Below are positions 42,485 to 51,500 of a stretch of DNA of 57,821 nt, in pieces. A program made the position numbers and the translations under genes. The notes beneath the pieces were generated by a model. The model did no database searches. It was not told the DNA's origin and worked only from the letters and a program-made list of their open reading frames with translations. How positions within the stretch are numbered: position 1 is the first letter of the stretch; each line of letters begins with the position of its first letter. The stretch spans positions 1-57,821 of IMG/VR virus record IMGVR_UViG_3300041402_001073. The stretch is one strand, 5' to 3'. The DNA comes from a virus (lineage: Duplodnaviria; Caudoviricetes).

Positions 42485-42721
42485 TTAATGTGAACAACAA
42501 CAGCAATGATGATCATGGCAACTACAACTACAATGACATGAACAACCTGTCTTTCTTAGCCATGCTGTGTCTATCCATGTACTACAGCCACATTCTTTTT
42601 CGACTTTAACTAAGTCGTCTCTTTCTTTATCTATTTTAATTATTGTGCCTTTAAATGGCTGTTGTGTTTTAAGCATTTGGGTATAATTGCAACTCGTCCT
42701 TACTTTGTCTCCAATATTCAT
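42485..42721 (-). CDS. Small SH3/KOW-like protein with Cys/His-rich tail
   Basis: IGDKVR...GTIIKI...WL; tail GCSCHCSCSCHDHHCCCCSH. Confidence 0.6.
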   Translation of the reverse strand: MNIGDKVRTSCNYTQMLKTQQPFKGTIIKIDKERDDLVKVEKECGCSTWIDTAWLRKTGCSCHCSCSCHDHHCCCCSH

Positions 42722-42748
42722 ACTTCCTCCTTTAAAGTTGGTGTTATT

Positions 42749-43579
42749 TTAAAGCCCTTTATAGGCCGGGAGCATGCTGTCGCGCGCCCCAGCGTCTTTG
42801 TAATGTGGCCAGTGATTATCTTCCCTGCACTTTGCTTCCAGCCTCAAGAGATCATGAAACTCCCGACTACCCCATGCCAAGTAATCAGCATCTATTGTGC
42901 AAACATCCATCCTATGAGGAAACTCCCATTCGCAGGCAATGAGCACAAAGGCATCGTACTGTTCGCCAGTTACTTTAGAGATACCCTCAAGGTACATAGC
43001 GGCCTGACGGTAATAGAAATATGTCGAGATTGCCTTATCAAAGCCATATGGACTGGCATCCTTTGTGCCCTTAAAGTCAACCAAGATTTTATGGCCGGAT
43101 GGCATGCGGTCCGGTCTGCACCGACACATAATCCCAGTCTCTTCATCTTTCCAGATAACTGTTTGCTCACTTAAGCCTGTCTCAAGTAATTGTTTCGCGA
43201 AAGGATGAGCCCTTACCGCCTGGCTCATACCGTATATTTTAACCCAGTCCTTTTGAGATACTACTGTTTTGGTTAGATTATCAGTTGCAAAATCAACCCA
43301 TGCCTTCTTGCCTGCCTTGCTACGTCTATCACCAAGGGGTGCCACTGCAAACTCACTGTCAAAGGCGTCCTTTCCTTCCAGTACCAGAGAGTGTGCTGCC
43401 CTGCCTAAGAGGAGTGACGGAGTATCTTTCTGCATTGCGGTCCTCGCCTTGGCCGGACAGTAATCCATATTATTGAGATACGAATTCCGGATTATATTCA
43501 TCGGGAGGTTGTTATATTCCTGATGGCTCATATCGGTGTAGAGCCCGGGCTTTATCTCAAGCTTTTTAGCCTTTCTCAC
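42749..43579 (-). CDS. RecE/exonuclease VIII-like PD-(D/E)XK nuclease (DUF3799)
   Basis: LGRAAHSLVLE, CRCRPD, LVDFK, YYRQAAMY. Confidence 0.85.
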   Translation of the reverse strand: MRKAKKLEIKPGLYTDMSHQEYNNLPMNIIRNSYLNNMDYCPAKARTAMQKDTPSLLLGRAAHSLVLEGKDAFDSEFAVAPLGDRRSKAGKKAWVDFATDNLTKTVVSQKDWVKIYGMSQAVRAHPFAKQLLETGLSEQTVIWKDEETGIMCRCRPDRMPSGHKILVDFKGTKDASPYGFDKAISTYFYYRQAAMYLEGISKVTGEQYDAFVLIACEWEFPHRMDVCTIDADYLAWGSREFHDLLRLEAKCREDNHWPHYKDAGARDSMLPAYKGL

Positions 43580-43688
43580 TTGTTCACCATTTTTATGAGG
43601 CCATCCAGAATATCAGGATCACCATTAATTAACATAAGGACAATCGTTGACCATATAAATAGGACTACAAGCACCTTGTCTCCACTCG

Positions 43689-45005
43689 TCATTTTGCCCC
43701 CTTGACTTCCCCATCCTCAATATAAATTCCCATCTTGCCGGACTCGTCAACTATCTCGACCCAAACCTGGAAGTCATGCTCTTTTACCATATCCTGAATG
43801 ATCTTCATATTTGCACTGTCCAGAAGAGATCCGTCCATAATTCTCAGAACTCTAAGCTTTGGATTGATAGCCATGGCGATTGATAGTGACACTCTCAGCG
43901 TCTCAGCAGCCGAGCACTGGCCAAACGGTATGTCTTTGTAGGTAACACCTGTCTCATCGAATCCAAGGTGCTCTATGGGGAATTCTGCCTTTTCTATGGC
44001 ATCAGACTTGGTTTTATCCATCCCATCAAGTTCATCGGTGAGGTCTTGGCTTTCCCTCTTGGCAGTATAGAGACTCTTCTGGGTGTCTACTCTCTTCTGG
44101 TTTTCACGGAAGACCTTGTTTACATCTTCGACGTTCTTTAGTTTTTCCTGGAAGGCTTCCATATCGGGATCAACGAGAGCAGTGACTACGGAGTTTGTTT
44201 TTAACAGATGGCCTTTAGCTTCCTTCATGTCGGCCTGTATCTGTTCTTTCTTTTTCTCTCCTTCAGTAAGTCGGTTTGTAAGAGTATCGATACCAGCAAC
44301 AACTTCGGCCAGTGTCTCTTCCAGCCCAGCCAACTCCTGCCTCTGCTCAGTAAGGTCTTTCCGCTTATCATCGTTGGCAACCTTCACTTCCTGAGCCTTG
44401 GTGATTTCTGTCATGATATCAGCAGCACTTACCTCTTTAGTGGGGGCGCCTTCTTCTGGCTCCGGAAGTCCAGACAGCTGACCTTCAAGGTCCTTAACTT
44501 TCCGGTTTACACCAGTCCTCTCTTCGTAAGCTTCGGTGCGGTCCTTCTCCCATTCATCAAGATCAAGCTCGATATCAACTAGGTCGAGGAGGATTTCTTT
44601 CTGCTCCTTGTCGGACATATGGCTGAAGGCAAGAGGATCGAAAGACAGATTGCCGATGAGCTCATCAAGGATTGCTTGGGGAGACTTGAATGTGGCGCCG
44701 TCACGATTTTCAATTGTAAGGTAGCTCTTCGTATCACTTGTCCACTTTCGGGTTACGATAATATCCCCGAGGTCCACGGTGACATGAGCCTTCTCTTCAC
44801 CATCACGAATAGGCTTCTTCAGGTCTTTTGATGCCGCTTTGCCGCCAAGTGCCAGCCAGATGCTGTCTAAAATACTCGACTTCCCCATTTCGTTTCTACC
44901 GCTGATGACAATTGTACTGTCCTTCGGTATAATCTCAATGGCCTTAAGTTTCTTTACGTTCTCCGCTTCCAGCCTGATTATCTTCAATCCCTTCTCTTTG
45001 CTCAT
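43689..45005 (-). CDS. SMC/Rad50-like ABC ATPase
   Basis: ISGRNEMGKSSILD, long coiled coil, SAAE signature, LRIMDGSLLD. Confidence 0.85.
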   Translation of the reverse strand: MSKEKGLKIIRLEAENVKKLKAIEIIPKDSTIVISGRNEMGKSSILDSIWLALGGKAASKDLKKPIRDGEEKAHVTVDLGDIIVTRKWTSDTKSYLTIENRDGATFKSPQAILDELIGNLSFDPLAFSHMSDKEQKEILLDLVDIELDLDEWEKDRTEAYEERTGVNRKVKDLEGQLSGLPEPEEGAPTKEVSAADIMTEITKAQEVKVANDDKRKDLTEQRQELAGLEETLAEVVAGIDTLTNRLTEGEKKKEQIQADMKEAKGHLLKTNSVVTALVDPDMEAFQEKLKNVEDVNKVFRENQKRVDTQKSLYTAKRESQDLTDELDGMDKTKSDAIEKAEFPIEHLGFDETGVTYKDIPFGQCSAAETLRVSLSIAMAINPKLRVLRIMDGSLLDSANMKIIQDMVKEHDFQVWVEIVDESGKMGIYIEDGEVKGAK

Positions 45006-45199
45006 GCTATTCTCCTTTACTTATGCTTTAGGGCTAAAACTCCACTTCTTCTGTTTTGGTTTCCCATTTCACAGTATCACCGTCAACGCTAGTTAATTCT
45101 CCATGTGGGTTCTGGTCATGGATAGCCCTAGCACAATCATGTATAGATGCTGGTGCTGAATCTATATCCAATACTTCTACTGTGATTGTTACTGTAACT

Positions 45200-45577
45200 T
45201 TATTTGCTTTCATATCCTCTCTCCTCTATGAATTGTTGTAGGCACTCTATCTGCACCTCTTTAAAGTCAACCCCGTATTTTTCCTGAAACTTCACCTGAG
45301 ACAAGTGCCCCTCAGTGTGGTGCATGTCGTGTAGAGGAATAGCAGTCAAATCACTTCCTCCACTTCCGGTGCTTTTGCAATGATGGGCTTCAACTTTACG
45401 TCCCTTATCCTTCCTCATTTCATTTTTCTTTTTACACCCCGGGACACAACAAGGGAGATTTCTAATAAACTCCAGGTACTCTTCGTTCTCATACCTCTTT
45501 TGCTTCGGAAAGCTCTTAAACATCCAATATCTCCATGGGGTATCCGGCTTTACCGCAGAAGCCTTTTCTGGGGTCAT
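45200..45577 (-). CDS. DUF968-like HNH-fold protein
   Basis: YLEFIRNLPCCVPGC...AHH...SDLTAIPL...HH. Confidence 0.65.
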   Translation of the reverse strand: MTPEKASAVKPDTPWRYWMFKSFPKQKRYENEEYLEFIRNLPCCVPGCKKKNEMRKDKGRKVEAHHCKSTGSGGSDLTAIPLHDMHHTEGHLSQVKFQEKYGVDFKEVQIECLQQFIEERGYESK

Positions 45578-45737
45578 CGGTATCTCTGGGGCCCGAGTAA
45601 TCTTCAGCCCAGCGCCACATCATACAACTAGAGGCGGCACAATTTGAGTTTGAAGCTTTTTCTAGCATAGCCCCAGCATATATATCAGGGCAAAACTTTC
45701 CCTTAGCCTCCTTCTCAGTGACTACCATTCTGATCAC
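45516..45737 (-). CDS. Hypothetical phage protein
   Basis: EAKGKFCP...NCAASSCMMWRW...GFCGKAG. Confidence 0.55.
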   Translation of the reverse strand: MIRMVVTEKEAKGKFCPDIYAGAMLEKASNSNCAASSCMMWRWAEDYSGPRDTDDPRKGFCGKAGYPMEILDV

Positions 45738-45878
45738 CTCTCACTTCAGTTTCCTGTGCCTTCATAGTCTTACAGTCATGGTGATGAGGACATCCTGAAC
45801 ACTGAACATCATCGTAGTTCTTTGCTGCCTCACCTATCTCCACTCTTTCTTCCTCAAAAAAACATCCCACACCGTTAC

Positions 45879-46157
45879 TCATAGAGCCTCCTTTTCCATA
45901 TTGCCGTATTCTAATATCTGTTTGTATAAATCTGGCCTTAAGTCCTTCAGTGTTACTTCCATCTCAGTCTCGCAAGCTATTCTGTTTACCAGCTGTAAAG
46001 ATGCTTGCTTATTACCACTCAGTATTAAGGAGAGGTGGCCCTTTGAGATCTTTACTGCCTCTGCAAACTTAGTGTGGCCCCGGTCAAATAGATATTCGCT
46101 TAAGGCCTTTATTTTGTGTGTCTTATTGTTGGGCTTTCTTCCTACCTTTTTAGCCAT
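45879..46157 (-). CDS. Cro-like HTH regulator
   Basis: TKFAEAVKISKGHLSLILSG...VTLKDLRPDLY (YdaS/Cro-type); first gene of the leftward operon. Confidence 0.8.
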   Translation of the reverse strand: MAKKVGRKPNNKTHKIKALSEYLFDRGHTKFAEAVKISKGHLSLILSGNKQASLQLVNRIACETEMEVTLKDLRPDLYKQILEYGNMEKEAL

Positions 46158-46188
46158 AAGCTATTCTCCTTTGTGCTTCTTGAGACAT

Positions 46189-46275
46189 AAGCTAACACGC
46201 GCAATTTATAAATGCAAGTATTATTTTCATTTGGAAAACATTTTCCTTGTATTCATCTTAAAGCTGTGTTAATTT
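46189..46275. promoter_or_regulatory. Divergent sigma70 promoters
   Basis: Minus strand TTGCAT-17-TAGCTT (46217-46189); plus strand TTGTAT-17-TAATTT with TG extension (46247-46275). Confidence 0.6.
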
Positions 46276-46304
46276 GAGAATGCGAATCAGAAAAAGGAGA
46301 TAAT

Positions 46305-46508
46305 ATGAACTGTGAAATAACCTCGGGGAAAATAAAAGAGTTCCAAAAAGAATTTGGTATAAGAGGGGCAGTAAAAATCATGTGCATTCTTCATGAACTA
46401 CCATTGGATATTGTACGGAGTGGAGCCGAGATGAAAGATTTTGTAGCTGAAAAAGAAAAGCAAGATAAACTTAACGCGGCTAAGATTGGAGATATCGTTG
46501 AGCTATAA
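46305..46508 (+). CDS. Hypothetical protein in the position usually held by a repressor
   Basis: AAAGGAG RBS; no clear HTH. Confidence 0.55.
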   Translation: MNCEITSGKIKEFQKEFGIRGAVKIMCILHELPLDIVRSGAEMKDFVAEKEKQDKLNAAKIGDIVEL

Positions 46509-47574
46509 GTTAGAAAGATGTCGTGCATGTGGTTACAAACGCCGGGAGCCAAAGCCGAAGAAGGCTGGCGTTTGTCCGACGTGTAGCCAGGCTATGTACT
46601 ATTCAAAGAACTTTTATTTTGCATATTATTTAACCGGGAAAAGATACGAGCAAGTTGCAGGTCCTGATAAAAAGTTAGCCCAGGAGGCAGAATGGAAAAA
46701 AAAGATAAGTATCACGGAAGGCACCGTTTATACTCCGACTTCATGGAAGAATGCTGTAGAAGAATTGGAAAGGACATATCCCAGCTTGTCACCAAAGACT
46801 GTAGAGATGTATCGGAACTGCGTGATCAATCTTTCGTTGGAATTTTCATCGATGAATTTATCGGACATAACGGGGAGGCACTTAGAGACATTCAAATCAC
46901 AGCACTTACAGAAGGGTCTGTCTGCTTCAAGTTTCAATCAACACCGGGCGACATTAAAAAGGATCTTCGCTCTCTCGGGTGTGGACTGGAGATTCAAAAA
47001 GTCGACATTTTTAAAGGAGAAGGAGACGGCAAGGGATAGGTTTCTGGACGATAACGAGAAGCAAAGGTTTATCGAGGCCTGCAAAAAGACACCGTATCTC
47101 TTCACGGCCATCCTGATAGGACTGGATACCGGATTAAGGAAGACTCCGCTACTTACGCTGCAGTGGGCAGATGTAGATTTTAAAAAGGATGTAATATCCA
47201 AAGAAGGGAAGGGCGGTAAGGCCAGCAGTATTCCAATGACTCAGCGCCTTAGAAAGCATCTTCTGTCTTATAGGTTGCAGCAAGGTCTCAAGTCGCCCTA
47301 TCTTTTCCCCAGCCCTGTCGATGCCGGGAAGCCTATGACTGATGTCAGGAAAGCGTTTAAGTCGGCCTGTGTGGTAGCTGGGGTGCCTGACTTGCGCCTG
47401 CATGATATTCGCAGGACGTTTGGATCACACCTGGCCATGGTTACGAAGGACTTGGTGCTGGTGCAAGAGATGTTGGGGCATTCAGATATCAGTACCACGC
47501 GGAAGCACTATGCACATTTAACGGATGATCACAAGAGGGAAGGGATGGAGATGTTTGAGTCCGCGACTAAATAA
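46486..47574 (+). CDS. int: Tyrosine recombinase/integrase with N-terminal Cys4 zinc finger
   Basis: TGLRK (R), GKGGK (K), HDIRR (HxxR), LGHS, HY (Y); CRAC...CPTC. Confidence 0.92.
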   Translation: MEISLSYKLERCRACGYKRREPKPKKAGVCPTCSQAMYYSKNFYFAYYLTGKRYEQVAGPDKKLAQEAEWKKKISITEGTVYTPTSWKNAVEELERTYPSLSPKTVEMYRNCVINLSLEFSSMNLSDITGRHLETFKSQHLQKGLSASSFNQHRATLKRIFALSGVDWRFKKSTFLKEKETARDRFLDDNEKQRFIEACKKTPYLFTAILIGLDTGLRKTPLLTLQWADVDFKKDVISKEGKGGKASSIPMTQRLRKHLLSYRLQQGLKSPYLFPSPVDAGKPMTDVRKAFKSACVVAGVPDLRLHDIRRTFGSHLAMVTKDLVLVQEMLGHSDISTTRKHYAHLTDDHKREGMEMFESATK

Positions 47575-47597
47575 ATAGGATTAAAAAGGAGGATAAT

Positions 47598-47819
47598 ATG
47601 GATATGCACGAAATTAAAAAGTTGTCTGACCAAGTTGAAGGCTATCAAGAAAGTTATCTCGGGAAAATCAAGGAGTTACAGGAGAAGAAGGGAGAAAAAA
47701 GCGAGTTGGATTTTTTCTACAATTGTGAGGAATGTGGACAAAGCCTAGATACTAGGGATTTAACTCAAGTCCTTCGTCATCATGTGCCAGGACACGAGCC
47801 CATCCCCAATGATGCTTAG
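47598..47819 (+). CDS. Small Zn-binding hypothetical protein
   Basis: AGGAGG RBS; CEECGQ..D.RDL.QV..H. Confidence 0.6.
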   Translation: MDMHEIKKLSDQVEGYQESYLGKIKELQEKKGEKSELDFFYNCEECGQSLDTRDLTQVLRHHVPGHEPIPNDA

Positions 47820-48041
47820 ACATTAGTTTAGAAGAAGGCGTGGAGAATCTAGCCAGCAACAACGGCACCGCCAGGTGGACTCCAATGAGGAGAACAGCAA
47901 ACAGGAACGCTCCAGAATGTTTGTTAAGGGTCATAGCAAGTGTCTTGCTCCAAAGGCAAGGCAGATGGCGGGAGTAAGGTGCGGCAACTTACCTTCTAAT
48001 ATTTCTTCAAGAAACTACCATAAAAGAAAGGAGGCAACATC

Positions 48042-48299
48042 GTGAGTGAACAGTGGGGAAAGGACAGGGAAAGGCCTATAGAGTTTGGCAAGTATCGAGG
48101 GGTACCATGGAAAGATGTCCCCGAAGAGTATCTTGTTTGGCTAATTAATTACCTTGCCGAGCATAAGGATACTATGGGCATCACAAGGCAAACCCATTCC
48201 CTAATGGCGAGAGAGGAGTTGAAGATCCGGGGATTTTTTGCCGAGTATCCAGTAGAGGAGGCAAGTCATGAGAGCAATAAAGCACAGGAAGACATTTAG
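48042..48299 (+). CDS. DUF3820-like small protein
   Basis: FGKYRG..WKDVPEEYLVWL. Confidence 0.65.
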   Translation: MSEQWGKDRERPIEFGKYRGVPWKDVPEEYLVWLINYLAEHKDTMGITRQTHSLMAREELKIRGFFAEYPVEEASHESNKAQEDI

Positions 48300-48468
48300 T
48301 GAAGTGTTGAACAATGGAGATGATCAGGTAGCTGTAAAGGTTATTCTGAAAAATCTACTCTCAGACGATCTTAAAGATGAGGTTGTGATTCTATACAATA
48401 AGCATGTCACTATTTACAATGATATGGTTGCCAGCATGCAGCGCCCAACAGAAAAGCCCCTCGATTAA
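48268..48468 (+). CDS. Hypothetical protein
   Basis: GGAGG RBS. Confidence 0.5.
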   Translation: MRAIKHRKTFSEVLNNGDDQVAVKVILKNLLSDDLKDEVVILYNKHVTIYNDMVASMQRPTEKPLD

Positions 48469-48480
48469 AAGGGGCTTTTC
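48451..48480. terminator. Bidirectional terminator
   Basis: GAAAAGCCCCT-8 nt-AGGGGCTTTTC between convergent genes. Confidence 0.75.
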
Positions 48481-48542
48481 AATTCAATTTGTGCTATCCA
48501 GCATCTGATAAAGTCTTATTATCTACAAAATCCCACGGCATG

Positions 48543-51500
48543 TCAATTCTTTTCACGCTCTCCCCTTGCAGCTTCACGAACAATCCTTTTTCTGGCACCC
48601 ATTTCTATGCGTAGTTCTCTTTTTCGCTCGGGAGTTGTGGCAGCTGCTACAGCCCTGTCTCTTGCAGACTTTATAAATGTGCTACTCATTGACCACCTTG
48701 GAACTCTACCTCTCAGCAAACTAGAGATGTCTTTGTTGCTTATTTTGGCAGCCCTCAGAGACTGGCGAATCTCGCTTTTCTTGACCCCCAGCTTCATTGC
48801 TCCCTCCACAAGCTTGCTCATTTCACCATAGGCTCTCTTTCTGGCCAGCATCATAGAGCTGACTGCATTCTTTATTTCTTTTTCAGAAACAGTTCCGGCG
48901 CTTCCAACTGCACGATTAAGTATTCTGGATGCCTGTGATTTCTTATCCGAGAAGCCATAACCCTTATAAATCATGGATTGTCTGAGATTTAAAGTTCCAA
49001 ACCTCAGCCCTAGCCATGCGAGGCCTTCATCTTTAACGCTAAACTTTTTACCTGAACGAGAAACATCCCCTTCAATGGCCTTAATAGTTCTCTCCATGTT
49101 TGACAATACCCCAGGCTGAGCCGCTTTGCGTAAGTGTTGCAGGATGTCATTGGCTTTTTCGTGGCCTTGCGCCTCAGGGTTATACACCTGCCCACCTGCT
49201 TCTTTTTGGTTGTAGATGATTTCGCCTATGGCTCCGGCTGCAATGTCAGCACCAATGAAAGGATCTAAAAATTCCCTCATGGCATCAACTATTTTGTCAT
49301 CGATACCTACGTTATTGCCACTAAGGATAGCAGTCAAAGGCTTCTTAACGTAAGTATAAGGGTCCAGATAGGACAGGTCTAGGTATGTAGGCAAGCCGTC
49401 CTCGTCATACCCAGTATATAGCAACTGTGAATTGCGAGACCATTCTGGAAGCTGTGCTCTTACCGCCTCATCATCATCTGAATCCATTCCCATTGCGGCC
49501 ATGGAAGTTATAGATGCGCTATATGCGGCAGCTGAGGCCATAGCAAAGCCCAAGGCTCTTCGTGCCCCCATAGACCTAGTTTCAGGCTTTGCCATATCTT
49601 CCTTTATGAAATCAAGCTGATTCCTTGTTGTCCTCATGATCTCATAAGGGAAGCTGACGAATGTGCCCAACAATGGCCACCTACGAATTGCCTTTATCCC
49701 CTTAGGAACCATAGAGTAAGTGGGGTATCCGTTTCTTATTCTGAAAGCAGCCTTCTTCTCGGCTTCTTGCTGCGACAAGCCGACTTTTTTCTGTAGAGCA
49801 ACTTCATTCTCGTATCCTATAATCTTCCAGAAATCATCACCTACCTGGTAAGACCTCTGGAAAAAATCAAGTATCTTCCTGAAGTTCTGGTTGGGCCCTG
49901 TTGAATAGGTATCATAATCTGTGAAGTCTTTGATAGCATCACGCAATTCCCCGGCAAAAGGATTGTCGTGGACAACACCCATCCCTATCAACTTGTCCAA
50001 ATAAGCTCTCCACTCTTTATCCTGCGTAAACAGATCTGACCTTGCTGCCTTGAAGGCCTTGCCCATATGCGTCCAGTCGAAATGCCCATTCATAACGCTA
50101 AACATTGCAGCTGACATGAAGTTCCTGGCTTGAGTGGTTGGAGAAAGTATGGTCTTGCCATATTTAATCATAGAGTTTACGCGGATAATATTCCGCATGA
50201 GTTCAGTTCCCTGGAATTTATCAGAAGCATCCTTGAGTCCTTGCTTAAAGTCTGCAGTGGTATACAGTCCATTAAGAGGATTCATTGCATCGGAGTCTTT
50301 AGTTGCTACCTGTGCATCATAAGACCCGCCCTTGTTCACAGTGGCCTTTTCAAACAGGAACGTATTGAGCCCTGAACGCCTCAGGTCCATAAGAAAGTTA
50401 TGGTTGGCAATGTAATATTGCATCTTGGAAGCAGACCGCACAAAATTTATCTTTGGATCTCTATATTCTCCCAACAATTCCAGTATAACTGGAGGGATGT
50501 CTTTGCGCCTTGTAATTATAGACGTATCCTTAGACCCCAGCTTCTCTCCTTGGCTTATGAGAGTCAGGAAGTCCCCAGACTCTTTTGCACTCTGCAGGAT
50601 AGCGCTGACTTCACCAAGAACTTCCCCTTCAGACAGAGATGGATTCTGATCCCGGATGAAAGCCTTGGCTCTATTCATAAGGCCTTTCTTTCGTAAAGTT
50701 TTTTCTTTCCAGTCTGGATCTTCAAAGGCCTGATAAGATCTGGTGAGATACTGCCCTTTGTTCTTATTAATGGTCTCGTAAAGGCTCCAGTATTTCTGCA
50801 ATGACTTAGGAAGGACAGCGCCCTCCTCTTTATTGAGAACTCTCTGGAGAGCCTTCTTGTCAGAAGGTGACAATTTTTGTCGCTGTATAGCCTCCATGTC
50901 ACGGATAGCTTGCATCATTCCGTCAGACAGCATATCCAACATATCTCTTAAAGGTTGGATCTCTTCTTTTAGTCCGGCAGGTAGGGTCACATCCTTGCCA
51001 GCCATAAATCCGTTTATTTTAGCCAGGTCCTCTGCCGGTACGTCCTGGTATTTCTTAACGCCGTATGCTTTAGATACAGCCTTATTGAAATCAGTCACCA
51101 TGGCAGCAATATCTTGCTCACCCACGTTCTTAGCCGAATCCATCTCGATGCGCTTTTCAAAAGCTATTTTATTGAGCAGTCCCTCCTTAGTAAAGAATCT
51201 CTTTGCCCAACGCTGCACTCCTTTCCTGGCCTTACTCGCCGGAGCGTCTATTTTGCGCGCATCCTCATCTGTTTCTTCTGCGGGAGGTTTACGCTTGGCA
51301 GTGTTCTCGAAAGCCTTTCTCAGGGTTTCCAGTTTGACCGTTGGATCGGCAGTCTTTTTGGAAAATACTGCAGGTCCAGAAAGAGACAATGATTTATTCT
51401 CTGCCTTAACAAACTGAGCAGCATCTTCCATCATAGACTGGATATCATTGTCTGACAGTTTAATATTGAAGCCCATCTTTCTCAGCCATTTCCTTATTGC

